64,000 nucleotides of DNA from Nannocystis pusilla (GTDB lineage Bacteria; Myxococcota_A; Polyangia; Nannocystales; Nannocystaceae). This document shows positions 8,993-20,172 of the stretch, in pieces. The stretch is taken from the NCBI RefSeq assembly GCF_049337375.1, contig NZ_JBMPIV010000001.1; one strand, 5' to 3'. The notes under the pieces are model-generated. The model ran no database searches, was not told the DNA's origin, and saw nothing but the letters and a program-made list of their open reading frames with translations. A program made the translations under genes and the position numbers. Within the stretch, counting starts at the first letter, position 1. Each line of letters starts with the position of its first letter.

Positions 8993-9395
8993 GTGATGCG
9001 CCCCGCTGCGTTGCGTCGCTCGCAGCTCGAAAAAAAGCGGTCTTCGAGAGGGCCGAGTCATGCGCTGGGCTGCGTTGCGGGCGTCGCTCGCAGCTCCAAA
9101 AAGAACGGCCTTCGGAAGGCCGAGTCATGCGCTGGGCTGCGTTGCGGGCGTCGCTCGCAGCTCCAAAAAGAACGGCCTTCGGAAGGGCCGAGTCATGCGC
9201 TGGGCTGCGTTGCGGGCGTCGCTCGCAGCTCCAAAAAGAACGGCCTTCGGAAGGCCGAGTCATGCGCTGGGCCGCGTTGCGGGCGTCGCTCGCAGCCCGG
9301 AAAAAAAGCGGCCTTCCGGAGGAAGGACTCTGTCATGCGCTGCGCTGCGTTGCGGTGACTTCGTCGCTCGCTGCGCGAAGAAAAAGCGCGACCCT
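8993..9395. repeat. tandem repeat array, about 67-68-bp unit x about 6 (..gtcatgcgctgggctgcgttgcgggcgtcgctcgcagctccaaaaagaacggccttcggaaggccga..)
   Basis: Each unit contains two hairpins (gctgcg..cgcagc and ggccttcggaaggcc). On the minus strand each unit reads as hairpin then TTCTTTTT, i.e. terminator-like. Repeating translations (MRWAALRASLAAPKRTAFGR..) in the spurious ORFs confirm the periodicity. Confidence 0.85.
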
Positions 9396-9415
9396 CTTTT
9401 GGAAGAGGGTCGCGC
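9377..9415 (-). terminator. intrinsic terminator-like hairpin downstream of typA (GCGCGACCCTCTT-CCAA-AAGAGGGTCGCGC followed by TTTTTCTT on the minus strand)
   Basis: Perfect 13-bp stem plus T-run, 30 bp after the typA stop codon, on the transcribed strand. Confidence 0.6.
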
Positions 9416-9444
9416 TTCGTCGCGTGCGCGGGGTCGAGGTCGGC

Positions 9445-11310
<1,866 letters not shown>

Positions 11311-12313
11311 AGACGCCGTTTTGGGCGGCGGCGGGAAGTAAACCCGGCGGCGCTGCGCTGGCAAGTCGGCCCGATGTGAGCGGCACGGGCTTATTTTCCG
11401 GCGACAGGACGGTCACAGGAGTGAATCGGGGGCGAACAGAGGTCGGTTCGGTCGCCGCGCAGCCGCGAAAGCGGCCGTCCTCCGGCGATCGGCGTCGATC
11501 TGGGCCCGCATGACGGCCCATAGGTGCGGCTCGGCCAGGGTTGATCCCAGGCAATCGCGGGGATCGCGCGGAGGCACCGGGGCGGGCAGATCCGGCCCGC
11601 TCGGCTCGGGCGGCGCGCGCTCCGGCTCGGGCTCGGGCCGCGGCGCGACGTCCGGCAGACCTGGGTCGTCCGGAGACGGTAATTCACGGACCGGCGTGGG
11701 GGTGATCCGCAGTCGGCGACGGCGTTGCATGGGATCGGATCTGCACTGAACACCCAATCAGTGTCCAGCGATCACCGAGGCTGCCCTGAACTCTTGATCA
11801 GAGGCAGACAAACCAAATCGCGCGGCGCAAAACTGCGCGGACGAGCAGATAGGCCCCTGTAGCGGCCCGCGGGCCGTTTCGGGGCCGGGGCGGAGACGCG
11901 CCTGGAACGGCGCGAAGGGCGGGGAGCGGCAGCGCGCCGAGCTGGTCTTCGGGACAGGGAGATCGCCTCGGCAGGCGTCGCGGACGCCGGGATCGAGGCG
12001 CAGGGTTCCGCGCAATGGCGCGAGCCGCGTCGGCTCACCGGGCGCGACCATGGCGAGCCGGCGAAAGCGACGGGCGCCGCGAGCGCCGGGCCCCGCTCGA
12101 CGGCGCTGCACAGGGCTGAACAGGCGTGGGCGGTGCGGGGCTGCGGGGGGCGAGCCTCGGGTGCTGTACGTCGGCGACGCCGCCGGCGACGGCGACTACA
12201 GCAGCGCGGAGCTCGGGGCCAGGACGGTCGACGCCCGGGTCAGCGCGAGCGCCGGTCGGCCCGGTGCACGACCTCTGGCCTGCTCGGGGGCGAGTCACCC
12301 GCGAGGGCGATTT

Positions 12314-12392
12314 CGGGGCATGTCTCGGAGGACATGTCCCGGCGGCGCGGCGCTTGGGGACATGTCTCGGAGGACATGTCCTGCGCGCCCTG
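12314..12392. repeat. CATG-core 14-bp repeat array (ggggcatgtctcggaggacatgtccc ... ggggacatgtctcggaggacatgtcct) abutting the rlmE stop
   Basis: Seen in sequence. Confidence 0.8.
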
Positions 12393-13013
12393 TCAGGGCC
12401 GGCGGACGGTGGCGTTGGCCTTGAGGCCGCGGCCGACCAGGTACTGCTCGGTGCTGGTGGTGCGCGAGTTCTTGGCGTGGTAGGGGCGCGCCTCCTGGAA
12501 GGTGGCGCGGAAGCGCTTGAGCAGCTCGCCGAAGCCGCCGCCCTGGAACACCTTGGCGACGCAGTGGCCGCCGGGGCGCAGGACCATGCAGGCGATGTCG
12601 AGGGCGCGCTCGGCCAGGCCCTCGCTGCGGACGACGTCGGTGTGGCGGTCGCCGGTGGTGTGCGGGGCCATGTCGCTGAGGACGACGTCGAACGGCTGCA
12701 GCTCGGGGGCGGGGGTCCACTCGAACACGTCGGCGACGCGGTGCTCGACGTGGGCCGGGAAGCTGAGCACGACCGGCTTGAGGTCGATGCCGAGGACGTA
12801 GCCGGTCTCGGTCACGCGGTCGCCGGCGTACTGGATCCACGAGCCGGGCCAGCAGCCGAGGTCGAGCACCCGCGCGCCCTGGCGCAGGATGTGGAACCGC
12901 TTGTCGATCTCCTCGAGCTTGTAGACCGCGCGCGCGGCGTAGTTCTCTTGCTTGGCGCGCAGGTAGGCGGCGTCGTTGCGGTGGGCCTTGTCGCTGAGGC
13001 GGTGGCGGGTCAT
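12393..13013 (-). CDS. rlmE: 23S rRNA (uridine2552-2'-O)-methyltransferase RlmE/FtsJ
   Basis: SAM-binding motif (VLDLGCWPGSWIQ) and conserved K-D-K-E residues in context. 206 aa. Confidence 0.85.
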   Translation of the reverse strand: MTRHRLSDKAHRNDAAYLRAKQENYAARAVYKLEEIDKRFHILRQGARVLDLGCWPGSWIQYAGDRVTETGYVLGIDLKPVVLSFPAHVEHRVADVFEWTPAPELQPFDVVLSDMAPHTTGDRHTDVVRSEGLAERALDIACMVLRPGGHCVAKVFQGGGFGELLKRFRATFQEARPYHAKNSRTTSTEQYLVGRGLKANATVRRP

Positions 13014-13110
13014 GGCGTGCGGCTTAAGCAGCCGAGCCGGCGCGTGGCCGGCTCGAGGGAGGTGGCTCCAAGGACATGTCTCGAAGGACAGGGCCTTCGG
13101 AGCAGGGGTC

Positions 13111-13782
13111 TCAGCCCTTGTTGTTGCCGGCCTTGATGGCGGGCTTGACGGCGGCGCGGATGGTCACGAAGCCGTTGTTGGCGCCCGGGATCGGGCCGCG
13201 CACGAGGATCAGGCCGCGCTCGGCGTCGACCTTGATGACCTCGAGGTTCTGCAGGGTGACGCGCTCGTGGCCCATGTGGCCGGTCATGCGCTTGCCGCGG
13301 TGGACGCGGCCGGGGGTCTTGCGGCAGCCGATCGAGCCGCCGTGGCGGAAGAACTCGTGCTGGCCGTGGCTGTTCTTCTCGCCCTCCATGTTGTGGCGCT
13401 TGATGACGCCCTGGTAGCCCTTGCCCTTGGAGGTGCCGGTGATGTCGACGCGGGCGCCCTCCTTGAACAGGTCGGCGCCGAGCTGGCTGCCGACCGGGTG
13501 GGCGGCGAGCGCCGCGGCGGGGACGCGGAACTCCTTGTGGACGTAGAAGGTGCCGACCTTGGCGGCCTCGGCGGCGCCCTTCTCGGGCTTGCTGGCGCGG
13601 TTGGCCTTCTTCTCGGCGAAGCCGACCTGCAGGGCCGTGTACGTGTCGCGCTCGGCGGTGCGGTGGGCGGTGACGGTGTTGCCCGTGACGTGCAGGACGG
13701 TGACGGGGACGCGGTCGCCCTCGTCCTTGAACACCTGCGTCATTCCAAGCTTTTTGGCGATGAGACCGATCTGGAAGTTCAT
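13111..13782 (-). CDS. rplC: 50S ribosomal protein L3
   Basis: MNFQIGLIAKKLGMTQVF..GKGYQGVIKRHN..GGSIGCRKTPGRVHRGKRMTGHMG are strongly conserved L3 motifs. Located outside any S10 operon (see findings). Confidence 0.85.
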   Translation of the reverse strand: MNFQIGLIAKKLGMTQVFKDEGDRVPVTVLHVTGNTVTAHRTAERDTYTALQVGFAEKKANRASKPEKGAAEAAKVGTFYVHKEFRVPAAALAAHPVGSQLGADLFKEGARVDITGTSKGKGYQGVIKRHNMEGEKNSHGQHEFFRHGGSIGCRKTPGRVHRGKRMTGHMGHERVTLQNLEVIKVDAERGLILVRGPIPGANNGFVTIRAAVKPAIKAGNNKG

Positions 13783-13926
13783 TGTGCTCCGGAGGACTGC
13801 GCGCGCGGCTTCCTTCACGTTGGAATCAGCGAAGAGCGAGGCGCCGCAGGGACGGGGAAGGTGCCCGCGATCGCGCCGGGCGTCAACCTGCGGGCGCGCC
13901 GGGGGCGGGGCTGCGGCGGATTTGCC

Positions 13927-14745
13927 TCACGCGCTCGCGGGGGCCGGCAGGCGGAAGAAGGCGCGGGCGTTGGCCCCGGCCTGCACGGCCAGGGCGGCCG
14001 GATCGTCGCGCCGGACGCCGGCGAGGTGCGCGCAGGTGAAGGCGACGTTGGCCGGCTCGTTCTTGCGGCCGCGCACGGGCACGGGGGCCAGGTACGGGGC
14101 GTCGGTCTCGAGCAGCAGGCGATCGGCGGGGCACAGGCGGGCCGCGTCGCGCAGGCCCTCGGCCTGGGGGAAGGTGGCGATGCCGGAGAAGGACAGGAGG
14201 TAGCCGCGGGCCAGCCACTGCTCGGCCTCGGCGGGGGTGCCGGTGAAGCAGTGGACGACGCCGCCGCGCGGGAGGGCCGGGGCGTCGTCGAGGATGGCGA
14301 GGGCGTCGGCGTGGGCGTCGCGGATGTGCAGGACCAGCGGCTTGTCGAGGTCGCGGGCGATCTCGCGGTGGGCGGCCAGGGCGCGTTTTTGCGCGTCGGG
14401 CGTGCTGTTGTTGTAGTGGTAGTCGAGGCCGGTCTCGCCGACGGCGACGACCTTGGCGTCGCGCGCGAGGGCGGCGATCTCGGCCAGAGCGGCCTCGTCG
14501 GCCTCTTTGGCGTCGTGCGGGTGGATGCCGACGGCGGCGAACAGGTGGGCGTGCGGGGCGACCAGGGCGACGGCCCGCGGGGCGCTGGCGCGCGAGCAGC
14601 CGACGTGGATCATCTGCACGACGCCGGCGTCGGCGGCCCGCTGCAAGGTGGCGGCGAGGTCGTCGATCATCGGCGGGTAGTCGAGGTGGCAGTGGGTGTC
14701 GACGAGGCCGGGGAAACGGGGCGGACGCGGCGCGGGCATGATCAA
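13927..14745 (-). CDS. tatD: TatD family hydrolase
   Basis: Metal-binding motifs DTHCHLD, ..GETGLDYH.., ..LHIRDA.., ..HCFTG.., ..ETDAPYL. Confidence 0.85.
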   Translation of the reverse strand: MIMPAPRPPRFPGLVDTHCHLDYPPMIDDLAATLQRAADAGVVQMIHVGCSRASAPRAVALVAPHAHLFAAVGIHPHDAKEADEAALAEIAALARDAKVVAVGETGLDYHYNNSTPDAQKRALAAHREIARDLDKPLVLHIRDAHADALAILDDAPALPRGGVVHCFTGTPAEAEQWLARGYLLSFSGIATFPQAEGLRDAARLCPADRLLLETDAPYLAPVPVRGRKNEPANVAFTCAHLAGVRRDDPAALAVQAGANARAFFRLPAPASA

Positions 14746-15404
14746 GGGTTCATGGCGAAGATGAGGAAGTACTGGTGCGGGAGGAAGTCCTCCTCGCGCT
14801 CGAGGGCGAAGCCGGCCTGGGCGAGCTCGGCGACGATGGCGTCGCGCGAGAGCCTGTACTTCGGGTCAGGTGCGAACTTCTCCGGCGGCTGGGCGTCGGG
14901 CCGGAAGTCGACGATCGCCAGGTGACCGCCGGGCTTGAGCGCCTGGTGGACCTTCTTGAAGTAGCGCACGCGGTCGCGCAGATAGGCGTAGGTGTTGGCG
15001 ACGAAGACCAGATCGATGGCCTTCTCGGGCAGCGCCGGGTCGTCGTAGAAGGCGAGGTGCGGCTGGATGTTGGGGGTGCCCCAGCTCTCGCGCTGCGACT
15101 CGATGTGGGAGCGGAACTCGTCGTCGATGTCGACGGCGTAGACGGTGCCGGTCGGGACCTGCTGGGCCAGGCGGCGCGAGAAGTAGCCGGAGCCGGCGCC
15201 GATGTCGGCGATCACCGCGCCCTTGTCGGGGATCGGGAGGGCGCGGACGATCCGGTCGGGCATCTCCCACGACTCGCGCCCCTCGCTCTCCATGGTGGCG
15301 ATCGCCGCCTTGGGGTCGTCGTAGTCCATGTCGGCGACGACCTCGCGCTTGCGACACCCGACGGCAGCGACCACGAGCACGGCGGCGAGGAGGGGGCGGT
15401 ACAT
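14742..15404 (-). CDS. class I SAM-dependent methyltransferase with lipoprotein signal peptide
   Basis: Signal peptide plus VAAVGC lipobox, SAM motif I (IADIGAGSGYFS) and motif post-I (VYAVDID). The stop overlaps the tatD start by 4 bp. Confidence 0.75.
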   Translation of the reverse strand: MYRPLLAAVLVVAAVGCRKREVVADMDYDDPKAAIATMESEGRESWEMPDRIVRALPIPDKGAVIADIGAGSGYFSRRLAQQVPTGTVYAVDIDDEFRSHIESQRESWGTPNIQPHLAFYDDPALPEKAIDLVFVANTYAYLRDRVRYFKKVHQALKPGGHLAIVDFRPDAQPPEKFAPDPKYRLSRDAIVAELAQAGFALEREEDFLPHQYFLIFAMNP

Positions 15405-15492
15405 GTCCGTCAGCTTACGCGCGAGCCCGGCCCCGCGGGAAGTGCCCGAGGCCAGTTCGAGGACGGCCCGAGTCGGCTACACTCCGCGGCCG

Positions 15493-16296
15493 ATGGCTGA
15501 GCCCGGAACAGCGAGCGCGGCGCGCGTCCGCCAGGAAGCGAAGGGTCGCGAGCTGCTGGCCGACTCGGGCGTGCTCTGGAGCGCGCTGCCGGTGGAGTGG
15601 CCGCGCGAGGCCGAAGGCGGGTCGGCCGCGGCGCTGCCGGGCTGGGGCTGGCGGGTGCGTCGCTCGCTGGCGGCGCTGCTGCTGCGGCCGCGGCGGAGCT
15701 TTCAACACGTCCATGAACCGGTCGACCACGGAGCGGCGCTGCGGCTGCTGTTGACGGTGAGATTGCCGCTGTGGGCGGCGCTGCTGGTGACGCTGGGCAT
15801 TGCAGGCCCGACAGCCGCGGTCCAGGAGGGGATCCCGCTGTTCGACGCGCACCTGGTCGAGGCGCTGTCGCTGTGGTTGCTGCTGATGGCGCCGGTCGGG
15901 GTGCCGCTCCTGTACGCGAGCCTGGGGATCGCCACCCACGTGGCCCTGGCGCTGACCGGCGGGGCGCCGCGCTCGATCGCGGCGACCCTGCGGGCCACCG
16001 GCTACGCCCTGGCGCCCGCGCTGCTGGGGGTCGCGCTGCTCGACCTGCCGCTGTACCTGGGGCAGCTGACGCTGCCGGTCTACCTCGGCGGGCTGGGGGC
16101 GCTGACCCTGATGACGTTCGTGGTCGCCGGCAACGCGCTCACCGGGACGCACCAGATCCCGGCGATCCGCGGGTTCGTGGTCGCGCTGGTGCCGGCGGCG
16201 ATGTTCGCCGCGACGCAGGCGCTCCGCGCCGTGCTCACGCTCGGCGAGCTGCCAGGCTACGCGCCGCCGCCGGGGCTGCCGTACCTGGTGCCTTGA
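15493..16296 (+). CDS. Yip1-family integral membrane protein
   Basis: ORF 15328-16296. Start at MAEPGTA. Multi-TM Gly/Ala/Leu-rich protein with Yip1-like topology. Low-complexity membrane protein, family call tentative. Confidence 0.55.
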   Translation: MAEPGTASAARVRQEAKGRELLADSGVLWSALPVEWPREAEGGSAAALPGWGWRVRRSLAALLLRPRRSFQHVHEPVDHGAALRLLLTVRLPLWAALLVTLGIAGPTAAVQEGIPLFDAHLVEALSLWLLLMAPVGVPLLYASLGIATHVALALTGGAPRSIAATLRATGYALAPALLGVALLDLPLYLGQLTLPVYLGGLGALTLMTFVVAGNALTGTHQIPAIRGFVVALVPAAMFAATQALRAVLTLGELPGYAPPPGLPYLVP

Positions 16297-16305
16297 GGCT
16301 AGCCC

Positions 16306-16376
16306 GTGGGGCATGTCGGGACGGACATGTCGGGATGGGCATGGCCGGAGGGGCATGTTCCGAGGGACATGAGACG
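16306..16376. repeat. CATG-core 14-bp repeat array (ggggcatgtcggga cggacatgtcggga tgggcatggccgga ggggcatgttccga gggacatgagacg)
   Basis: Five phased 14-bp units, seen in sequence. Confidence 0.85.
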
Positions 16377-16558
16377 TGGGGCGGGCGAGCGAGCGCGACG
16401 AACCGACTGGGGGGCGGCGCGACCGAGCGAGGCGACGAACTGTCGCGGGGCGGCGTGACCGAGCGAGGCGACGGCTGCGGAGCGCGGGCGAAGCTCCGGT
16501 GTGGCGCAAGGGACGGCCCCGTCGGGGCCGCGCGTGAAGAAGGCGGGGGCCCTTTAAA

Positions 16559-16608
16559 AAGACATGTCGCCGGGGGCATGGCCCGGGCGACATGTCTCTC
16601 AGGGCAGC
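16559..16608. repeat. CATG-core repeat array (agacatgtcgccgggggcatggcccgggcgacatgtctctcagggc)
   Basis: Seen in sequence. Confidence 0.7.
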
Positions 16609-16619
16609 AGGTGCGGCGC

Positions 16620-17321
16620 TCAGCCGGCCTTGGGCGGCTCGGCGGCGTCGGCGGGGACGCCGAGGACCTCTTGGATGGCGGTGTTGAGGCCGGAGAGGTC
16701 GGCCGGGGCGACGCCGGAGTACTTCACGGCGTTGCGGCCGTCGGCGAACATGACGGTGCGGCTCTTGGTGATGTTGTACCAGCCGTCGAAGGCCTCGTTC
16801 TTGCCGCCCTCGTCGGCCGGGACGACCACCGGGATGGTGACGCCGAGCTCGGTGCGCAGGGCCTTGACCTTGGCCTCGAGCGCCGCGCGGTCGCCGGTGG
16901 GCGTGGTGGCCTTGCCGTCCTTGATGTCGGTGATGACGGCGAACGCCTTGATCTTGTCCTCGCCGTACTTCTGGACGAGGGCGTCGAGGTTCTTGATGTC
17001 GTTGCGGAAGGCCTCGTCTTCGAGGGTGCCGACGGCCATGATCTTCGGGCTGCCGCCGAACTTGCAGACCTGGCAGTACTTCTCGCCGCTGTCGCAGTTG
17101 ACGATCTCGAACGGCTTGAACTTGCCGCCGACCCCGAGGCCGCTGTCGGCGAGGACGGGCTGCTCGGCGGGCTTGGCCGGGGCGGCCTCGACGGGCTTGT
17201 CGGCGGGCGCGGGCGCGGCCGGCTTGGCGGCCTCGACGGGGGCAGGCTTGGTGGCCGCCTCGCCGCCGCAAGCAGCGGCGAGGATCACGGCGAGGGCGAG
17301 GCTCGAACGAGTGGTGAGCAT
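16620..17321 (-). CDS. hypothetical lipoprotein (Ala/Pro/Lys-rich linker, Cys pair ..NCDSGEKYCQVC..)
   Basis: Start MLTTRSSLALAVILAAACGG (lipobox). Coding composition, no family recognised. Confidence 0.55.
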   Translation of the reverse strand: MLTTRSSLALAVILAAACGGEAATKPAPVEAAKPAAPAPADKPVEAAPAKPAEQPVLADSGLGVGGKFKPFEIVNCDSGEKYCQVCKFGGSPKIMAVGTLEDEAFRNDIKNLDALVQKYGEDKIKAFAVITDIKDGKATTPTGDRAALEAKVKALRTELGVTIPVVVPADEGGKNEAFDGWYNITKSRTVMFADGRNAVKYSGVAPADLSGLNTAIQEVLGVPADAAEPPKAG

Positions 17322-17528
17322 GGGTTCTTCCTCCGAGTGGCGGCCATTTTGGCCGGGCGGGCCGCGCGGCGCCAGCCGATCGCCGGCAATTCGTCGCCCG
17401 GCGCCGCGCACGCGCGGGGGCTGGGGGCCTCGCTGATCAGGCGCCGGCGCACGGGGCTTCATGGATCGGCGCGGGCCTCGATGTTCGCACCCGGCGAGTC
17501 CCCCGGGCGATCGCGGCGCTGCCCGGGT

Positions 17529-18626
17529 TCACGGGCACAGCGGGCTCGACGGCTCGAGGCAGGCGAGGCCGGCGACGATCTCGACGCGATGGTTGGCGCG
17601 CCGACCCTCCTCGCTGTCGTTGTCGGCGATCGGCTGGTCGGCGCCGCTGCTGCGCACCTCGAGGGTGTGATGGACGAAGCCGCGATCGATCAAGGCGGCG
17701 CGCGCCTTGTCGGCCATGTCGAGGCCGAGCTGGCGCGCCTCGGCGGGCGGCATGCCGGCGGCGGTGTGGCCCTCGAGGACGAACACGCCGCGGGTGGAGA
17801 GGCGCTGGCCGAGCTGCTTGCGCCGGGCGTCGAGCTCGAGGAAGCCCTCGGGGTCGAGCTCGCGGGTGACCGGGTCGTAGGCGATCCGGACGACGAGACG
17901 CCCGCAGTCGGCGACGAAGGCCTCGGGGCAGCCGTCGTCGTCCTGCTCGCCGTTGATGGTCTCGGGCTGGTCGCGGCAGTCGCGGCGGTGGCTGCCGCGC
18001 TCCAACCTGCCGTCGCAGTTGATCCACTCGCTGCCGGTCCAGCGCGCGGCGTCGAGGACGCCGTCGCCGTCGTTGTCGCGGTCGGGACAACCATCGTCGT
18101 CGGCGAAGCGGTCGTGATCCTCGGGATCGTCGCGGCAGCGATCGACGGCATCGGCGACGCCATCGGCGTCGCGGTCGGGGGCGAAGGGCGGACAGACGCG
18201 CCGCAGCTGGACCCAGCTGCCGGCCCACAGATCGTCGGCAGGACCGCCCGGGACGCCGTGGACGACCAGGCCGACGCGCGCGGCGGGCCGGATCTCGGCG
18301 CGCGCGCGCGCGAGCAGGTCGGCGCCGAGGGCCCGCATCTGCGCGGAGACCTGCGCCGGATCGGCGCCGGCGCGCGCGGCCGCGGCCATGTGGACGCCGA
18401 GCTCGACGCGCACCTGCGGGTCGGCGCGCACGCGGGCGATCCACTCGTCGAGCTCGGCGGCGCCGTCGCGGTCGAGCTGCAGGGGCATCGCGGTGGCGGC
18501 GTAGGGGATGGTGGCCAGGATCGCGGCGCACTCCGAGATCGGGGGCGGCTGCGGCCGCTCGGGCACTTGCGGGCCGCTGCAGGCGAGCAGCGCGGCCAGC
18601 GAGGCGATGGCGGAGGATCGTCGCAC
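17529..18626 (-). CDS. OmpA-family lipoprotein with thrombospondin type 3-like calcium-binding repeats
   Basis: LLACSG lipobox. Repeated DxDxDGxxDxxDxCP motifs. C-terminal OmpA peptidoglycan-binding signature (..NDSEEGRRANHRVEIV..). Confidence 0.75.
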   Translation of the reverse strand: MRRSSAIASLAALLACSGPQVPERPQPPPISECAAILATIPYAATAMPLQLDRDGAAELDEWIARVRADPQVRVELGVHMAAAARAGADPAQVSAQMRALGADLLARARAEIRPAARVGLVVHGVPGGPADDLWAGSWVQLRRVCPPFAPDRDADGVADAVDRCRDDPEDHDRFADDDGCPDRDNDGDGVLDAARWTGSEWINCDGRLERGSHRRDCRDQPETINGEQDDDGCPEAFVADCGRLVVRIAYDPVTRELDPEGFLELDARRKQLGQRLSTRGVFVLEGHTAAGMPPAEARQLGLDMADKARAALIDRGFVHHTLEVRSSGADQPIADNDSEEGRRANHRVEIVAGLACLEPSSPLCP

Positions 18627-18731
18627 GCTCGGCGATCAGGATAGCGCGAGGACGACGGACGAACCCGAGTTCTCGTCGCGCTCGCGTCCGCGCGGGTGGT
18701 CGGGAGGCCGGGCGACGGATAGGGTGGACGC

Positions 18732-19409
18732 ATGCGCCGGTGGCAGGTCGTGGGGCTCGTGGTGGGGGTGGGATGTTCGGGCGGGCCGGGGGCGAGCGAG
18801 GCGACCTCCGAGGCGACGGGCGGCACCGGCGAGACGACGGGGACCGGGTCGAGTTCGACGACGAGCGGGGACTCCACGACGGAGGCGCCGACGTCGAGCG
18901 GGGTGACGTCGACGGAGGCGTCGTCGACGACGTCGGAGCCGGTGGCGTACTGCCAGGGGTTCGAGCGCGACGCGCCGGCGCCGTTCTTCGAGCTGGCGGT
19001 GATGGGCGGGGCGCCGCTGGTCGACGGGGCGGTGCTGCCGCTCGAGTGCGGCGGGCAGGGGCTGTGGATGTTCGGCCTGTACCCGTCGCTCGGCGGCTTC
19101 GACCCGGGCGGGTACTACCCGCACGTGTCGGTGGTGGTCGACGTCGAGGGCTACGACATCGGGCCGACCGGGCACTTCTACCAGCGCGACGGCGAGTCGT
19201 ATTACATCGGCTGCGAGCAGCTCGACGGCGGGGTGTCCGGGGTGGTGCCGGTGTTCCCGCCCGACGAGCTGGCCGAGCTGTCCGAGGTCGACGGGCTGGC
19301 GGCGCAGGTCCACGTCGAGGTCGAGACGCCGGACGGGCCGCTGGCGGTCGACGCCCTGGTGACGCTGTCGGCGCCGCCCGAGCTGGTGCAGCTCGGGTGC
19401 GTGCTGTGA
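18732..19409 (+). CDS. hypothetical lipoprotein with Thr/Ser-rich linker
   Basis: VGVGCSG lipobox then T/S/G/E-rich linker. The same architecture is seen in several other lipoproteins in this window. Confidence 0.55.
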   Translation: MRRWQVVGLVVGVGCSGGPGASEATSEATGGTGETTGTGSSSTTSGDSTTEAPTSSGVTSTEASSTTSEPVAYCQGFERDAPAPFFELAVMGGAPLVDGAVLPLECGGQGLWMFGLYPSLGGFDPGGYYPHVSVVVDVEGYDIGPTGHFYQRDGESYYIGCEQLDGGVSGVVPVFPPDELAELSEVDGLAAQVHVEVETPDGPLAVDALVTLSAPPELVQLGCVL

Positions 19410-19418
19410 GGTGGTTTT

Positions 19419-19490
19419 CGGGACATGTCCTCGGGGGCATGTCTGTAAGGGCATGCGCTGGCGCGCATGTCCATGAGGACATGTCGTCTC
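19419..19490. repeat. CATG-core 14-bp repeat array (gggacatgtcctcg ggggcatgtctgta agggcatgcgctgg cgcgcatgtccatg aggacatgtcgtct)
   Basis: Five phased units, seen in sequence. Confidence 0.85.
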
Positions 19491-20172
19491 AGCGGTAGAG
19501 CGCGCGCTGCTGGAGGCGGGCCTCGAGGGCGGGCCAGAAGTCGCGGCGCCAGCGGTCGGTCCAGGCTCGCTGGGCGAGCGCCCGCCGGTGCTCGGGGATC
19601 ACGACCAGGAGCAGCAGGACGCCGACGAAGAAGGCGCTGGTCATGAGGCCGATGAAGGCGAGCACCCACAGGTCGCCGGTGACGACGAACATGGCGAGCA
19701 GCATGGCGGCGCCGAACACGATCTCGCCCCAGAGGTAGGAGTCGTGGTGCCACCACGGGCTGTCGGCGAAGGAGCCGGCCGCCGGACGGATCCGCAGGCC
19801 CACGGTGGTGCCGCTGTCGGTCGCCGCGGCGGTGATGTCGACCCAGAGGCCGATGTCGCTGGCGTCGAGGTGCCAGTGCAGGCCGGCGGCCGACGAGCGG
19901 TCGTGCAGCTCGAGGCTCCGGGCCAGCGATTCGAGGGCGTCCATCACCACGGGGAGCTCGGCGTCGCAGGGCCGCCACTCGCAGTCGGAGTCGCCGGGCG
20001 CGGGCGCGGCGGGGCGGACGGGCTCGTCCGTCGCAAGCGCGGCCGCGCCAGGCTTGACGAGGGCGCTGCCCGGGCTCGGCAGCAGGGGGACGGTCTTCCT
20101 CATTGCGGACGGCGGCGAAGGGGAGGTCGTGGCGCTGGCCCTGAGGATAGGCGGTCCGGGCCGGCGGTTCAT
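19489..20172 (-). CDS. hypothetical membrane protein, translationally coupled to the upstream histidine kinase
   Basis: C-terminal portion of the long ORF 19489-22746. Start MNRRPG.. overlaps the kinase stop (ATGA). Two hydrophobic helices near the C-terminus. Confidence 0.5.
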   Translation of the reverse strand: MNRRPGPPILRASATTSPSPPSAMRKTVPLLPSPGSALVKPGAAALATDEPVRPAAPAPGDSDCEWRPCDAELPVVMDALESLARSLELHDRSSAAGLHWHLDASDIGLWVDITAAATDSGTTVGLRIRPAAGSFADSPWWHHDSYLWGEIVFGAAMLLAMFVVTGDLWVLAFIGLMTSAFFVGVLLLLVVIPEHRRALAQRAWTDRWRRDFWPALEARLQQRALYR

